Assembly: GCA_963707985.1 (NCBI GenBank) | Contig: CAVPRW010000031.1 | Location: 256,001 to 320,000 of the forward strand | Reading direction: 5' to 3' | Source: an uncultured Nitrospinota bacterium | GTDB taxonomy: Bacteria; Tectomicrobia; Entotheonellia; J063; CAVPRW01 | Length of the DNA: 64,000 nt | Shown here: positions 1-7,661 of the stretch, piece after piece | Layout: each line of letters opens with the position of its first letter | Position numbering within the stretch: position 1 is the stretch's first letter | The notes under the pieces: generated by a model | Databases searched by the model: none | Told to the model about the DNA's origin: nothing | What the model saw: only the letters and a program-made list of their open reading frames with translations | Made by a program: the position numbers and the translations under genes

Positions 1-413
1 CCAGGAAAGCCGCGGAACGTTGCGCCGGACACAGGTATGATAAACACCTCTGTGCCGAGACATCAAATCGGATGCGAAATTAGACCACGCAGAGCTTGAT
101 GTATGCGTGAGGCAGCCTGTACACCGTCATCCCGTGTACACCAGAGCGGTCCGCCAACGGTTGCCGAGCACCGTCAACATATCTGCAGCGCTCCCTTGGG
201 CGATCTGATGGAGCTATGAACGCGAAGCGCTCGAGAGTCGCGAGGCTGGTGACATCAAGATGCTGTGGTTTATTGCGAATCTGTGACGCACAACAGCGTT
301 CGAGGTCTAGCGATCGCGAACGTCATAGCTATCGGAAGCGTGATTGACTTAACCAGTTAGTGCGCAAAACTACCAAGGCCTATCATGGGTACCACGTTGG
401 ACCGCGTCCTTGA

Positions 414-602
414 GTGGACATCGGCTCTGCATGGCTATTTACTCCACGCCGACTGGTGGATGAGTACGTGCACGTGCTGATCGACATGAAGGATCCCCAT
501 CGGAATAACGAGGCGCGTCTGTTCGGCAATCGGGTGCGGAGCTATCTCTCGTTTCTACTGACTGAATATGAACGCCTGGTGCGAGAGCAGCAATACCGCT
601 GA
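414..602 (+). CDS. Hypothetical protein, possibly the 3' part of a degraded cassette gene
   Basis: 62-aa ORF ending 22 bp before an attC R'' box; no family recognised. Confidence 0.35.
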   Translation: MDIGSAWLFTPRRLVDEYVHVLIDMKDPHRNNEARLFGNRVRSYLSFLLTEYERLVREQQYR

Positions 603-624
603 ACTATACGGTGAGACATAGACC

Positions 625-710
625 GCCGAACCAGGCACTGGAGCGGACACGGCCCTACAGCGCCGCTGCACGTTCCGCTTTCGGGCACGGCTCAGCTGCG
701 AGCGTTCGGC
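625..710 (+). repeat. attC site (complete, 86 bp)
   Basis: R'' GCCGAAC 625-631; L'' CTGGAGC pairs with L' GCTCAG leaving the typical extra-helical G; R' GTTCGGC 704-710. Confidence 0.9.
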
Positions 711-764
711 CTCCTCGTTCTCCAATCGTATATACGATTCCCAATGGTATGAATTCTCCGGAAC

Positions 765-1010
765 TCACCCAAGTTGCGTGACTGCTTTAGGTTCAATCTC
801 TACATGCTCCACGTCAAGACCTGCGGCTCTTACATCCCCGATGGCCGAGCGAATGGCATCTACCAATGAGGAGGCTGCACGGTGGAAGTGTATCTGGGGG
901 ACTCCGGCGATGGTGGACAGCGTCCCATCATTACAGCATCCATAGAGCCTATCCGCTTCTTCCTCAGAGGGATCAGTTGTCAAAATAAGGGTAAATTCAT
1001 GTTCCTTCAT
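765..1010 (-). CDS. Putative HicB-like antitoxin (81 aa, no C-terminal HTH)
   Basis: MKEHEFTLIL...IHFHRAASSLVDAIRSAIGDVRAAG resembles HicB-type N-terminal domains; GGGAGG RBS before ATG 1010; lies downstream of the HicA-like gene. Confidence 0.6.
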   Translation of the reverse strand: MKEHEFTLILTTDPSEEEADRLYGCCNDGTLSTIAGVPQIHFHRAASSLVDAIRSAIGDVRAAGLDVEHVEIEPKAVTQLG

Positions 1011-1071
1011 GATGGCGTATTCCCTCCCGTTTCGCCCAACCCCTACCTGTCTTTTCCGACGGTAGTGGGCA

Positions 1072-1296
1072 TTAAGTGTGAGGACAGCGGTCGACGGCGC
1101 GGCGGATATCCCGAGCATGGTTTTCAGGATTCCGGGGTGTCGACATGATATGGATGCGGCAGCCGTCCCGCGCGTGGAGTGGACACCACAGCATACCCCA
1201 AATATGTGCCCGTGGGCCGGCTTGTGTCACGACCCAGCCTTGGCTTTCGGCGTAGCGAATCGCTTCCTGAATATGTTTGTTGGGGTGCTCGGCCAT
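1072..1296 (-). CDS. Putative HicA-like toxin (74 aa)
   Basis: HPNKHIQEAIRYAESQGW...AHIWG..WC...C.I.I.STPRNPENHAR pattern of HicA-like small toxins; toxin-first gene pair in an inverted cassette; TGATATAAT extended -10 upstream. Confidence 0.6.
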   Translation of the reverse strand: MAEHPNKHIQEAIRYAESQGWVVTQAGPRAHIWGMLWCPLHARDGCRIHIMSTPRNPENHARDIRRAVDRCPHT

Positions 1297-1397
1297 GATT
1301 TTCTTCGTTGCCTATGTGTAGTTTTGATGGCGTTTATTATATCATGGCCGGAGCATTCATAGGGCAGAGACAAGGAGAGAGCCTCAGGCTTCTACCC

Positions 1398-1421
1398 GGC
1401 TTGACGCCCAGCGTTAGGGGC
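1398..1421 (+). repeat. attC remnant (right half only)
   Basis: ...TGACGCCCAGC-GTTAGGGGC; this R' is complementary to the GCCCCTAAC that closes the next cassette; no R''/L'' found upstream. Confidence 0.6.
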
Positions 1422-1624
1422 CAGCACCTCAGGAATGTGAGCATCCTTGGGCAGGAGAACAACCATGGCCGCTCTCCTCAGCGGAGACCCATTCCCCAGA
1501 GTGGTGGGGGAGTGCCCAACGTCGTCTGAGACCGTCAGAGGTTCTTCTTTCATCAGCCCTTGTGATTACCACCGGGTGTGGTTGCGAGTAGCATCGGGTC
1601 ATCTCAGCGAAAGGAGGGGGTTGT

Positions 1625-2008
1625 ATGCCCGCACGGAACCCTGAAGAGTTGGATCGCTTGTTCTCAGACGCCTTGAACGCCGGCAATCTGGATGCGCTCG
1701 TGGCGCTGTACGAACCACACGCGACCTTGACTCCGGAACCAAGCCAAGTCGTCACTGGGACCCAGGCCATTCGGGCGGCCTTAAGCGCTTTTGTGGCCGT
1801 CAAGCCGATGATCACTTTAGAAGTCAAGACCCTCGCCCAGACAGGGGACATTACGCTCACCTCTGCCAAATGGGCCCTGTCAGGGACAGGGTCTGACGGC
1901 CACCACACCACGATGAGCGGCCACAGCGTGGAAGTGTCACGGCGGCAGCCAGATGGGAGTTGGCTGTTCGTGATCGATACCCCCTGGGGTCTTGCGTGGG
2001 ATGCATAA
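1625..2008 (+). CDS. NTF2/SnoaL-like (YybH/DUF4440-type) protein, cassette gene
   Basis: F..ALNAGNLDALVALYEP.A...VEV.RRQPDGSWLFVIDTPW signature; AGGAGG RBS. Confidence 0.85.
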   Translation: MPARNPEELDRLFSDALNAGNLDALVALYEPHATLTPEPSQVVTGTQAIRAALSAFVAVKPMITLEVKTLAQTGDITLTSAKWALSGTGSDGHHTTMSGHSVEVSRRQPDGSWLFVIDTPWGLAWDA

Positions 2009-2065
2009 GTCCCCTAGCATTCCAGGCAGTTTTTATGTGTTCTGCTCTACTCACAGCAACGTAGC

Positions 2066-2162
2066 CCCTAACCACCCAGTGGAGCGGACGGCCCACAGGG
2101 CAGGCTCTGGGCTCATTCGCAGCTCCTTACCCGTGGGCCGCTGCTCACCGGCAGCGTTCGGC
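2066..2162 (+). repeat. attC site (complete, 97 bp)
   Basis: R'' CCCTAAC, L'' GTGGAGC / L' GCTCAC, inner stem CGGCCCAC/GTGGGCCG, R' GTTCGGC. Confidence 0.9.
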
Positions 2163-2194
2163 TTTAGTAGCTCACCCTCTCGTTTCGGCGTACA

Positions 2195-2216
2195 ATGTTG
2201 TCCTCGAGTACAACAT
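2195..2216. promoter_or_regulatory. Near-perfect 22-bp palindrome, putative TA operator overlapping a TACAAT -10
   Basis: ATGTTGTCCTCGAGTACAACAT immediately upstream of the DUF4160 gene; TACAAT at 2191-2196. Confidence 0.5.
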
Positions 2217-2240
2217 CATGCATACCGGATATGCAGCCTT

Positions 2241-2477
2241 ATGCCCACAGTGCTTCGGCTGGGACCGTATCGTTTCATTTTTTTCAGGTCCGACCATGGA
2301 GAGCCACCGTACATCCACGTGACACGAGAGCGGCCTGTGGCCAAATTCTGGCTTGAGCCGGTATCGCTGGTGATCAATCGTGGCTTCCGAGAGCACGAGG
2401 TCCGCCGAATTATGCGGTGAGTAAGACAACATCACGCCACTCTTCTTGAGGCATGGCATGACTACTTTGGTCCTTGA
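2241..2477 (+). pseudogene. DUF4160-family TA component with in-frame TGA at 2418-2420
   Basis: MPTVLRLGPYRFIFF.SDHGEPP.IHV...AKFWLEPV; the frame continues past the stop as VRQHHATLLEAWHDYFGP, the typical family C-terminus. Confidence 0.8.
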
Positions 2478-2763
2478 AACAGAGCCCGTTGTGGTACATG
2501 TGACGGTCACAGCAGACAAGTTAACCGTCGACCTCGCCGACGGACGTAGTCTGATGGTCCCATTGGTGTGGTATCCCCGCCTTCTGCACGGCTCCCCTGC
2601 AGAGCGACAACACTGGCAGTTACTCGGCGATGGCTACGCGATTGAGTGGCCAGACCTGGACGAGCATATTGGGGTGGAAGGCTTATTGGCGGGGCGACGG
2701 AGCGGGGAAAGCCAACAGTCCTTCGCACGTTGGCTGGCTTCTCGTACAAGACAGCCTGAATAA
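2458..2763 (+). CDS. DUF2442-family protein (partner of DUF4160, putative antitoxin)
   Basis: LTVDLADGR.L.VPL.WYPRLLHGSPAER..W.L.GDG..I.WPDLDEHI.VEGLL signature; overlaps the DUF4160 gene. Confidence 0.9.
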   Translation: MTTLVLETEPVVVHVTVTADKLTVDLADGRSLMVPLVWYPRLLHGSPAERQHWQLLGDGYAIEWPDLDEHIGVEGLLAGRRSGESQQSFARWLASRTRQPE

Positions 2764-2814
2764 GCGGGGATGCAACCTCGCAGCCTCCAGTCGCAGTCCT
2801 CGGGTTGGGGCTAC

Positions 2815-2926
2815 GCCGAACAATGGCGTGCAGCGGACGGTGTAACAGCGGTCATTGGCAGCTTGGTGGTCCAATCAGCAGTCGGGGGTCGTGCGGCCCC
2901 GCCGCACAACTCGCAGCCCGTTAGGG
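2815..2926 (+). repeat. attC site (complete, about 112 bp, somewhat degenerate)
   Basis: R'' GCCGAAC (matches R' GTTCGGC at 2156), L'' GTGCAGCGG / L' CCGCCGCAC, R' GTTAGGG. Confidence 0.75.
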
Positions 2927-3366
2927 CTCAAGAACGTATGACAAACCACCTGCGACGCCGGTACTGATCCTATCCGGATGTTCTGCAGGACGATGCCGAG
3001 AGCAGGGGCACGCGTCAGAGGGCCATCTGCAGTAAGGAGTGACGCCTCATAGACGCGTGCAGCGGCCACATAAAATGCATCGTAGGCACTGACGTTATGG
3101 CGGTGTTGCCAGGCTTCTCGGATCATGGCGGTGTGCGTAATACGGTCGATTGGCCAGTCGCGGAGATCCTCGAGGTCCAATCGTGCACGCGCCTCCTCAA
3201 GCTGCTGGCGTAGCACGGCGCGTCTCAAGACCGAGAGCACCTCGACGTCCAATAGTTCCGGGGCAAGTCAGAAGACGCCCTCAACGAGGTCAGCAAGCTT
3301 GAGGCCAAGCGGCGTGCGCGGGAGATATTCTGCGGCGGCGGAGGCATCGACCACATAACGGATCAC
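2875..3366 (-). pseudogene. vapC: VapC PIN-domain toxin with in-frame TGA at 3270-3268
   Basis: GTG 3366 gives MIRYVVDASAA...GVF*LAPELLDVEVLSVLRR...NVSAYDAFYVAAA...LLTADGPL (PIN motifs); start overlaps the antitoxin stop; 3' end reads into the attC. Confidence 0.85.
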
Positions 3367-3596
3367 GGCAGATCCTGCTCCCGCTGTTGTCGGTCCTGTT
3401 CGAGCAGCGACGCCGCTGACACCCCAAGTTCAGTCATAGGGCGCTGGGCAAGCCGTTCGTGCCATTCGTGTCGCGCCAGTTCCCGTTCGAGGGCGATCAG
3501 CACGATGTCATTCAAGGTGCACTGGTGCTCTTGCGCGTAACGCCGCAAGCGCTGATGGAGAGTCTCAGGTACATTTTTGACTTGCAGAGTAGCCAT
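3363..3596 (-). CDS. vapB: VapB/FitA-like ribbon-helix-helix antitoxin
   Basis: MATLQVKNVPETLHQRLRRYA RHH start; GTGA overlap with vapC. Confidence 0.85.
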   Translation of the reverse strand: MATLQVKNVPETLHQRLRRYAQEHQCTLNDIVLIALERELARHEWHERLAQRPMTELGVSAASLLEQDRQQREQDLP

Positions 3597-3602
3597 GGCA
3601 TG

Positions 3603-3631
3603 AATATGGCCTGCTGTCGACATGCTGTCAA
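3603..3631 (-). promoter_or_regulatory. Sigma70-type promoter of vapBC, probably leaderless
   Basis: TTGACA-17 bp-CATATT, then 6 nt to the ATG; direct repeat GACAGCA twice over the -35 and spacer. Confidence 0.65.
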
Positions 3632-3663
3632 GTGCCACAGAACTGTGGAGCAATACACCTTCC

Positions 3664-3685
3664 AGCCCTCACAAGGCAGTGGAGC
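3664..3685 (+). repeat. attC remnant (left half)
   Basis: AGCCCTCAC (one mismatch from AGCCCTAAC, the complement of GTTAGGGCT at 2920) + AAGGCA + L'' GTGGAGC, then fused to a helicase fragment. Confidence 0.65.
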
Positions 3686-4246
3686 TAGTCCCACACCTCC
3701 AGCGCTTTTTAGAGATGTTCTTGCGTGACCGAGAAAACGCATTCCCCGCCGCTGTGCAGGGCGACCTGTTTGAGCCGTTACACCTCACGTGGGTGCAAGT
3801 GAACCCCGTCAATCTCGTCGCGAGGTCTATAGATGAAATCCTCATGCTCCCTGCGCGCGTCTCAAGAGAGCCCTTGAAATGGTCTGATGTGGCTATCGTG
3901 GCTCAGACGCACCGCACAGGTTCCGACGCCGTCTCGGGTCTTGAGGCCCATTCGGTCGTGCCATGTTTTTGGAACTGACCATGCGTCTTCGCGCTGGCGC
4001 AAGTCAGCATTCTGGATGGGAGACGCACGCGTAAAGGCTGCTACTCTTCACAGCTTCAAGGGCTGGGAATCGCCGCATCTAGTCGTGCTCATCAACACCG
4101 CTCGAGGTCCCGAAGAGTGTCGCGGAATCTACGTGACGCTATCGAGACTACATCGTCGTGCTGGTGGGAGCATGCTGCTTGTGGTGAGCGCGGCCCTAGA
4201 ACTGGCAGCCTACGGCAGCACATGGCCGAGTGTTTCATCGCAATGA
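3682..4246 (+). pseudogene. 5'-truncated, frameshifted SF1 (UvrD-like) helicase C-terminal fragment
   Basis: Motif V-like TLHSFKGWE and motif VI-like YVTLSR; frame switch near 3945-3960; no N-terminal ATPase motifs. Confidence 0.7.
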
Positions 4247-4253
4247 GAGGTTC

Positions 4254-4275
4254 GCCGAACAACAGCATCAGCGGC
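4254..4275 (+). repeat. attC remnant (left half)
   Basis: GCCGAAC-AACAGCAT-CAGCGG 7 bp after the helicase-fragment stop; no right half. Confidence 0.6.
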
Positions 4276-4388
4276 GGGTCAGAACCAAAGGGTGTACAAT
4301 GGCTGAAGAGCAATCGGCCCCTCTTAAACTTGGAGCAATCAAGAGCTGAGCATGCCCGGCACAGGGCTGTGACCGTGAGCGGTGATGA

Positions 4389-4628
4389 GTGACGACAGCG
4401 TTTGAGATCCTTGGCGAGATCATAGATGTTGAGACCATCGCAGCGGGCCGGGGTGTGTACATCCGACGCTATCTGGAGCGCACTTACGGCAGGGGCCGTT
4501 GGCGGAAAATGAAGGGCATCGCCACGGTGCGACTTGCGGATGGTACAATCTGCGAAGCCGAGATCCACTGGTTTGAAGCGCACGGCATCGGTCGGAAGGA
4601 TTTCAAAATCAAGAGGGTGATTCGATGA
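4389..4628 (+). CDS. Uncharacterised basic 79-aa protein, putative toxin of a cassette-borne pair
   Basis: Arg/Lys-rich; W-R-K-M-K-G...A-E-I-H-W-F-E-A-H-G-I-G-R-K-D-F-K-I-K motif; ATGA overlap with the next gene; inside an attC-bounded cassette. Confidence 0.75.
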   Translation: MTTAFEILGEIIDVETIAAGRGVYIRRYLERTYGRGRWRKMKGIATVRLADGTICEAEIHWFEAHGIGRKDFKIKRVIR

Positions 4629-4852
4629 GTGATTTTGTGATCTGCATCAATAATGACAGTAATCCGGCAAGCCTCATCCTCGGCAAAGTCTACCGTACAC
4701 TGCCGGATGCAGAGGCAGCAGCGCACAACATGCTCCGCATCATAGACGAGGACAAGTCAGAGCCTGACGGCTATCTCTACCCTGCGGCCATGTTTGCGCC
4801 GATCGAGCTGCCGGAAGTGGCAAAGCGGGTGCTCATGGCAGCAGGCGACTGA
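4625..4852 (+). CDS. Uncharacterised acidic 75-aa protein, putative antitoxin/immunity protein
   Basis: FVICINN...SL.LGKVY...LRIIDE.....YLYPA.MF motif; translationally coupled; followed by an attC. Confidence 0.75.
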   Translation: MSDFVICINNDSNPASLILGKVYRTLPDAEAAAHNMLRIIDEDKSEPDGYLYPAAMFAPIELPEVAKRVLMAAGD

Positions 4853-4883
4853 ACCCAAGCGGCGCCTTTTGCGTAGAGAAGCC

Positions 4884-4947
4884 GCCTAACCACTTGCTGG
4901 AGCGGACGCGCAAATAGCCGCGCGCCACTCAGCTTCGTGCGTTAGGT
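4884..4947 (+). repeat. attC site (complete, 64 bp)
   Basis: R'' GCCTAAC, L'' CTGGAGC / L' ACTCAG, CGCG stem, R' GTTAGGT. Confidence 0.92.
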
Positions 4948-4965
4948 CCCTGCGCAAGACAAGTC

Positions 4966-5000
4966 TTGACCCATCTCCAGGTATGACATATGGTAATACC
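4966..5000 (+). promoter_or_regulatory. mazEF promoter with inverted-repeat operator
   Basis: TTGACC-17 bp-TATGGT; GGTAT...ATACC inverted repeat at 4980-5000. Confidence 0.55.
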
Positions 5001-5050
5001 TACTGCCATGAACTTTGCTCGATGCTCAAAGGCATACGTGGAGGTGCATG

Positions 5051-5293
5051 ATGGCACGAACGAAAGTGGCGATTTCTCTTGATGAGCACACACTGCAGCG
5101 GCTCGATCAGCTCGTCGCAAACGCGGTGTTCCCCAGTCGGAGTCAAGCTATCCAGATCGCCATTGAAGAAAAGCTGGTGCGGCTCGAACAGAGCCGCTTG
5201 GCCCGCGAGTGTGCAAAGCTGGACCCGGCCTTTGAGAAGGCACTGGCGGAAGAAGGGCTGGCTGAGGACGCAGCGGCATGGCCCGCATACTGA
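5051..5293 (+). CDS. CopG/RHH antitoxin (MazE-type partner)
   Basis: MARTKVAISLDE..L.RLD.LV....FPSRSQAIQ.AIEEKL RHH; GGAGGTG RBS; overlaps mazF. Confidence 0.88.
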   Translation: MARTKVAISLDEHTLQRLDQLVANAVFPSRSQAIQIAIEEKLVRLEQSRLARECAKLDPAFEKALAEEGLAEDAAAWPAY

Positions 5294-5616
5294 GGGGCGA
5301 GATTCGCTGGGCTGACCTGAATCCCACCCGTGGTCGGGAGCAAGCGGGGCGGCGGCCCGTTCTGATTCTTAGCCATGATATCTTCAACGAGCGGTCTGGA
5401 ACAGTAATTGCCGTTGCCCTGACCAGCCAACCCCAACGTGCTGGCTTTCCGTTGACGCTCGAACTCAGCGCGCCAGGGCTCCCTGCAAGGTCGTGGGTAA
5501 AAATCAGTCAAATTCGCACCCTGGCTGTTGAACGCATTGGGCCACGGCTTGCCCGTGCCACGCCGGAGGAAATGCTGCGGGTCATCGAGGGCCTCAACGA
5601 AATCATTGGGACCTAA
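5278..5616 (+). CDS. mazF: MazF/PemK endoribonuclease toxin
   Basis: RGEIRWADLNPTRGREQAGRRPVLILSHD.FN...SQIRTLA.ERI signature; stop codon lies inside an attC R'' box. Confidence 0.93.
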   Translation: MARILRGEIRWADLNPTRGREQAGRRPVLILSHDIFNERSGTVIAVALTSQPQRAGFPLTLELSAPGLPARSWVKISQIRTLAVERIGPRLARATPEEMLRVIEGLNEIIGT

Positions 5617-5630
5617 CATCGCCTTGGAAC
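5611..5630 (+). repeat. attC remnant (left half)
   Basis: ACCTAAC-ATCGCC-TTGGAAC; GGGACCTAAC is the exact complement of GTTAGGTCCC at 4941. Confidence 0.7.
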
Positions 5631-5885
5631 ACCTGGAACTGCTCCGGGAGCTGCTAGCTCAGCACGAGGCTGAGGAGATCGCTGCCCAGGTCGATTGGGC
5701 ACAGGTGGCGCAAGTCTCCCCTCCTTCCCACCACTGGTTCGAAGAGGACGAGCTCAAGCCATTTTGAAGGCACACAGGGGACCGGTATGCCCGGGCGACT
5801 CCAAAGGGATGTTATGACGTTTCATGGGCAATCAGTCGATGAACTTTGTCAGGCATGCGCCACCTCTGTCGCGGAAAATATGCTG
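5624..5885 (+). pseudogene. Degraded TA fragments (antitoxin-like C-terminus to 5767, then a HicB-like remnant)
   Basis: Startless LEHLELLRELL...WFEEDELKPF*; then RDVMTFHGQSVDELCQACATSVAENML, which resembles HicB DVITFQG.SV.EL..AF..SVD.YL. Confidence 0.45.
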
Positions 5886-5918
5886 AGCCACGCCATCCTA
5901 TTGCGGCCGCAAGGCGCC

Positions 5919-6569
5919 TCATCGCCCAGCATACACGCTGTCGAAGAACATGGCCTCATAGATCAGTGCGAGCTCGGCAGCAGTTGATATCAGACGGCAC
6001 ATCTCATCAGTGGTGGCAAAGCGGGCGATGAAGGCTTCTTCCTGGCGCACGTCGAGTGGCGGGATATCGAAGCCGGCCACGGCCTCAGCCGGCAGATCGT
6101 AGTGCGTCTGCAACGCCTGATGCATGCGGCGGCAGACCTCTGCCCAGCTTTCTTCGATCATCAACACCGCGGCCATGTTTTCGCCAGGGGTCGCACAGCC
6201 CGCCAGGCGAAACTGATAATTGGTAGCGGCGAGGGCGCCCGGCAACGGTTGCGAGGCGCGCAAGGTGTCAGCACTGATCCCGAGGGCCTGAATGAAGTTG
6301 CGATACAGCGAGAGATAGCCGACCTCGCGACTCGCGACTTCGATGAACCACTCTTTCATATCCAAATCGGGGGCTTGCAGGACGCACATGGCGAAGTAAT
6401 CGTAGATGCCGCGGACATAATGATGTTCCTGCTCGGCAAAACGGACCAAGGTCTCGCGCGGTATGAGACCTTTCACGGTATCCTGCACGAACACGTGATC
6501 GGTGACGCGCCGCATCGACGGTTCGGTGTCGCGACGCAACTGCCTGACGAAATCTCTTCCATCCGTCAT
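5919..6569 (-). CDS. TenA/PqqC (heme-oxygenase-like fold) family protein
   Basis: HVFVQ....G.IP...L.RFAEQEHHYV, A.NYQ, C-terminal YEAMFFD; GGAGGG RBS before ATG 6569. Confidence 0.8.
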   Translation of the reverse strand: MTDGRDFVRQLRRDTEPSMRRVTDHVFVQDTVKGLIPRETLVRFAEQEHHYVRGIYDYFAMCVLQAPDLDMKEWFIEVASREVGYLSLYRNFIQALGISADTLRASQPLPGALAATNYQFRLAGCATPGENMAAVLMIEESWAEVCRRMHQALQTHYDLPAEAVAGFDIPPLDVRQEEAFIARFATTDEMCRLISTAAELALIYEAMFFDSVYAGR

Positions 6570-6603
6570 GGTTCGCCGCCCTCCTCTACTGTGAAGGTGA
6601 CTG

Positions 6604-7531
6604 CTACACGTAGATGGTCCCATCGATGACCTTGACGACACGGCCACCGACCCGCACGCTGGAGATCGTCGCGCCATCCTGCACGATCTCGATCAGGATG
6701 CGGCTCGGCCGCCCCAGCTCATATCCCTGCTCATTTTCGAGGCAGACGACCGTCGCCTCGCCACCGAACACCCGATAATGTACCAGATACGCCCCAAGCG
6801 CGCCGCTGGCGCTGCCCGTCGCCGGATCTTCGAAAACACCGGCCAGGGGAGCGAAGAGCCGGGAGTGCACGTGAGCACTGGAGGTGACGGTTTCGCGTGT
6901 AAAGGCGTAGATGCTGTGTGTGTCATAGCGCTGACAGATCGTGTGTAGAGCTCCAAGCTCCAGTGTGATGGCCTGTACGGCCGCCAAAGATCGCACCGGC
7001 ACCATGAGCTGGGGTAAACCGGTGCTGACCAGCTGTGCCGGCAGACCAGTGCTCAAGATATCCTGCGGATCGAGCCCGAGACCGCGGGCAAGTTGCCCGA
7101 CATCTGCCGGGGGCAAGATAGCGAGGAACTGCGGGGCGGGCTGAGTCATGGTCACTTGCGTCACCACCTCATCTATGCAGGCGATGGCAACAGGCACCAC
7201 GCCGATGCCCAATTCGAGCCTAATCTCAAAATGTTCCCCACGGTGCGGGATCAGGCCCTCCGTCGCCAGCACGTAACTGGTGCCCAGCACCGGATGTCCG
7301 GCGAAAGGCAGTTCCAGTTGCGGGGTAAAGATGCGCACCTTGGCATGCGCCGACGGGATCGGTCGACGGCAGGACGAAGGTGGTTTCGGAAAGGTTCATC
7401 TCGCGCGCGATGGCTTGCATCTGCTCGCCAGTGAGCCCACGGCCCTCGAGGATCACGGCCAAGGGGTTGCCACAAAACGGCGTGTCGGTAAAGACGTCAA
7501 CCTGTACGAAGCGACGCGCAGGCACTTTCAA
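6604..7531 (-). CDS. PhzF-family isomerase/epimerase (one +1 frameshift near 7355, likely sequencing error)
   Basis: QVDVFT..PF.GNPLAV, IAREMNLSETTFV, RIFTP..ELPFAGHP, EDPATGSA, EQG.ELGRPS motifs split over two frames. Confidence 0.88.
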
Positions 7532-7543
7532 CGCTCCTCCTCG

Positions 7544-7634
7544 CTCCTTCCTCCTTGGGAGGAAAGCCCGGATGGGGGGTTGGATGACAAAACATCCTGC
7601 CCTCTACCCGCATCTTCCTCCACAAGGGGGGAGG
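7544..7634. repeat. Imperfect GC-rich intergenic inverted repeat (REP-like)
   Basis: Arms CTCCTTCCTCCTTGGGAGGAAAG...GGGGGG and CCTCTACC...TTCCTCCACAAGGGGGGAGG; shorter relatives near 15681-15710 and 54272-54290. Confidence 0.45.
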
Positions 7635-7661
7635 ACTACTCGCCACACCTCCCCTGAATAG

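Larger units (their letters stand above)
414..5630 (+). mobile_element. Integron gene-cassette array (attC cluster; no integrase in window, may lie left of position 1)
   Basis: Repeated attC-like sites in one orientation separate 1-2-gene cassettes. Each cassette's terminal R'' box is the reverse complement of the R' box that opens it (GTTAGGGGC 1413 / GCCCCTAAC 2064; GTTAGGTCCC 4941 / GGGACCTAAC 5608). Confidence 0.9.

Noticed and set aside
625..4947. Recurring GGAGCGGAC-containing repeats as a CRISPR array or REP family
   Set aside because: Spacing is gene-sized, the repeats are imperfect palindromes with R/L boxes typical of attC, and no cas genes are present.
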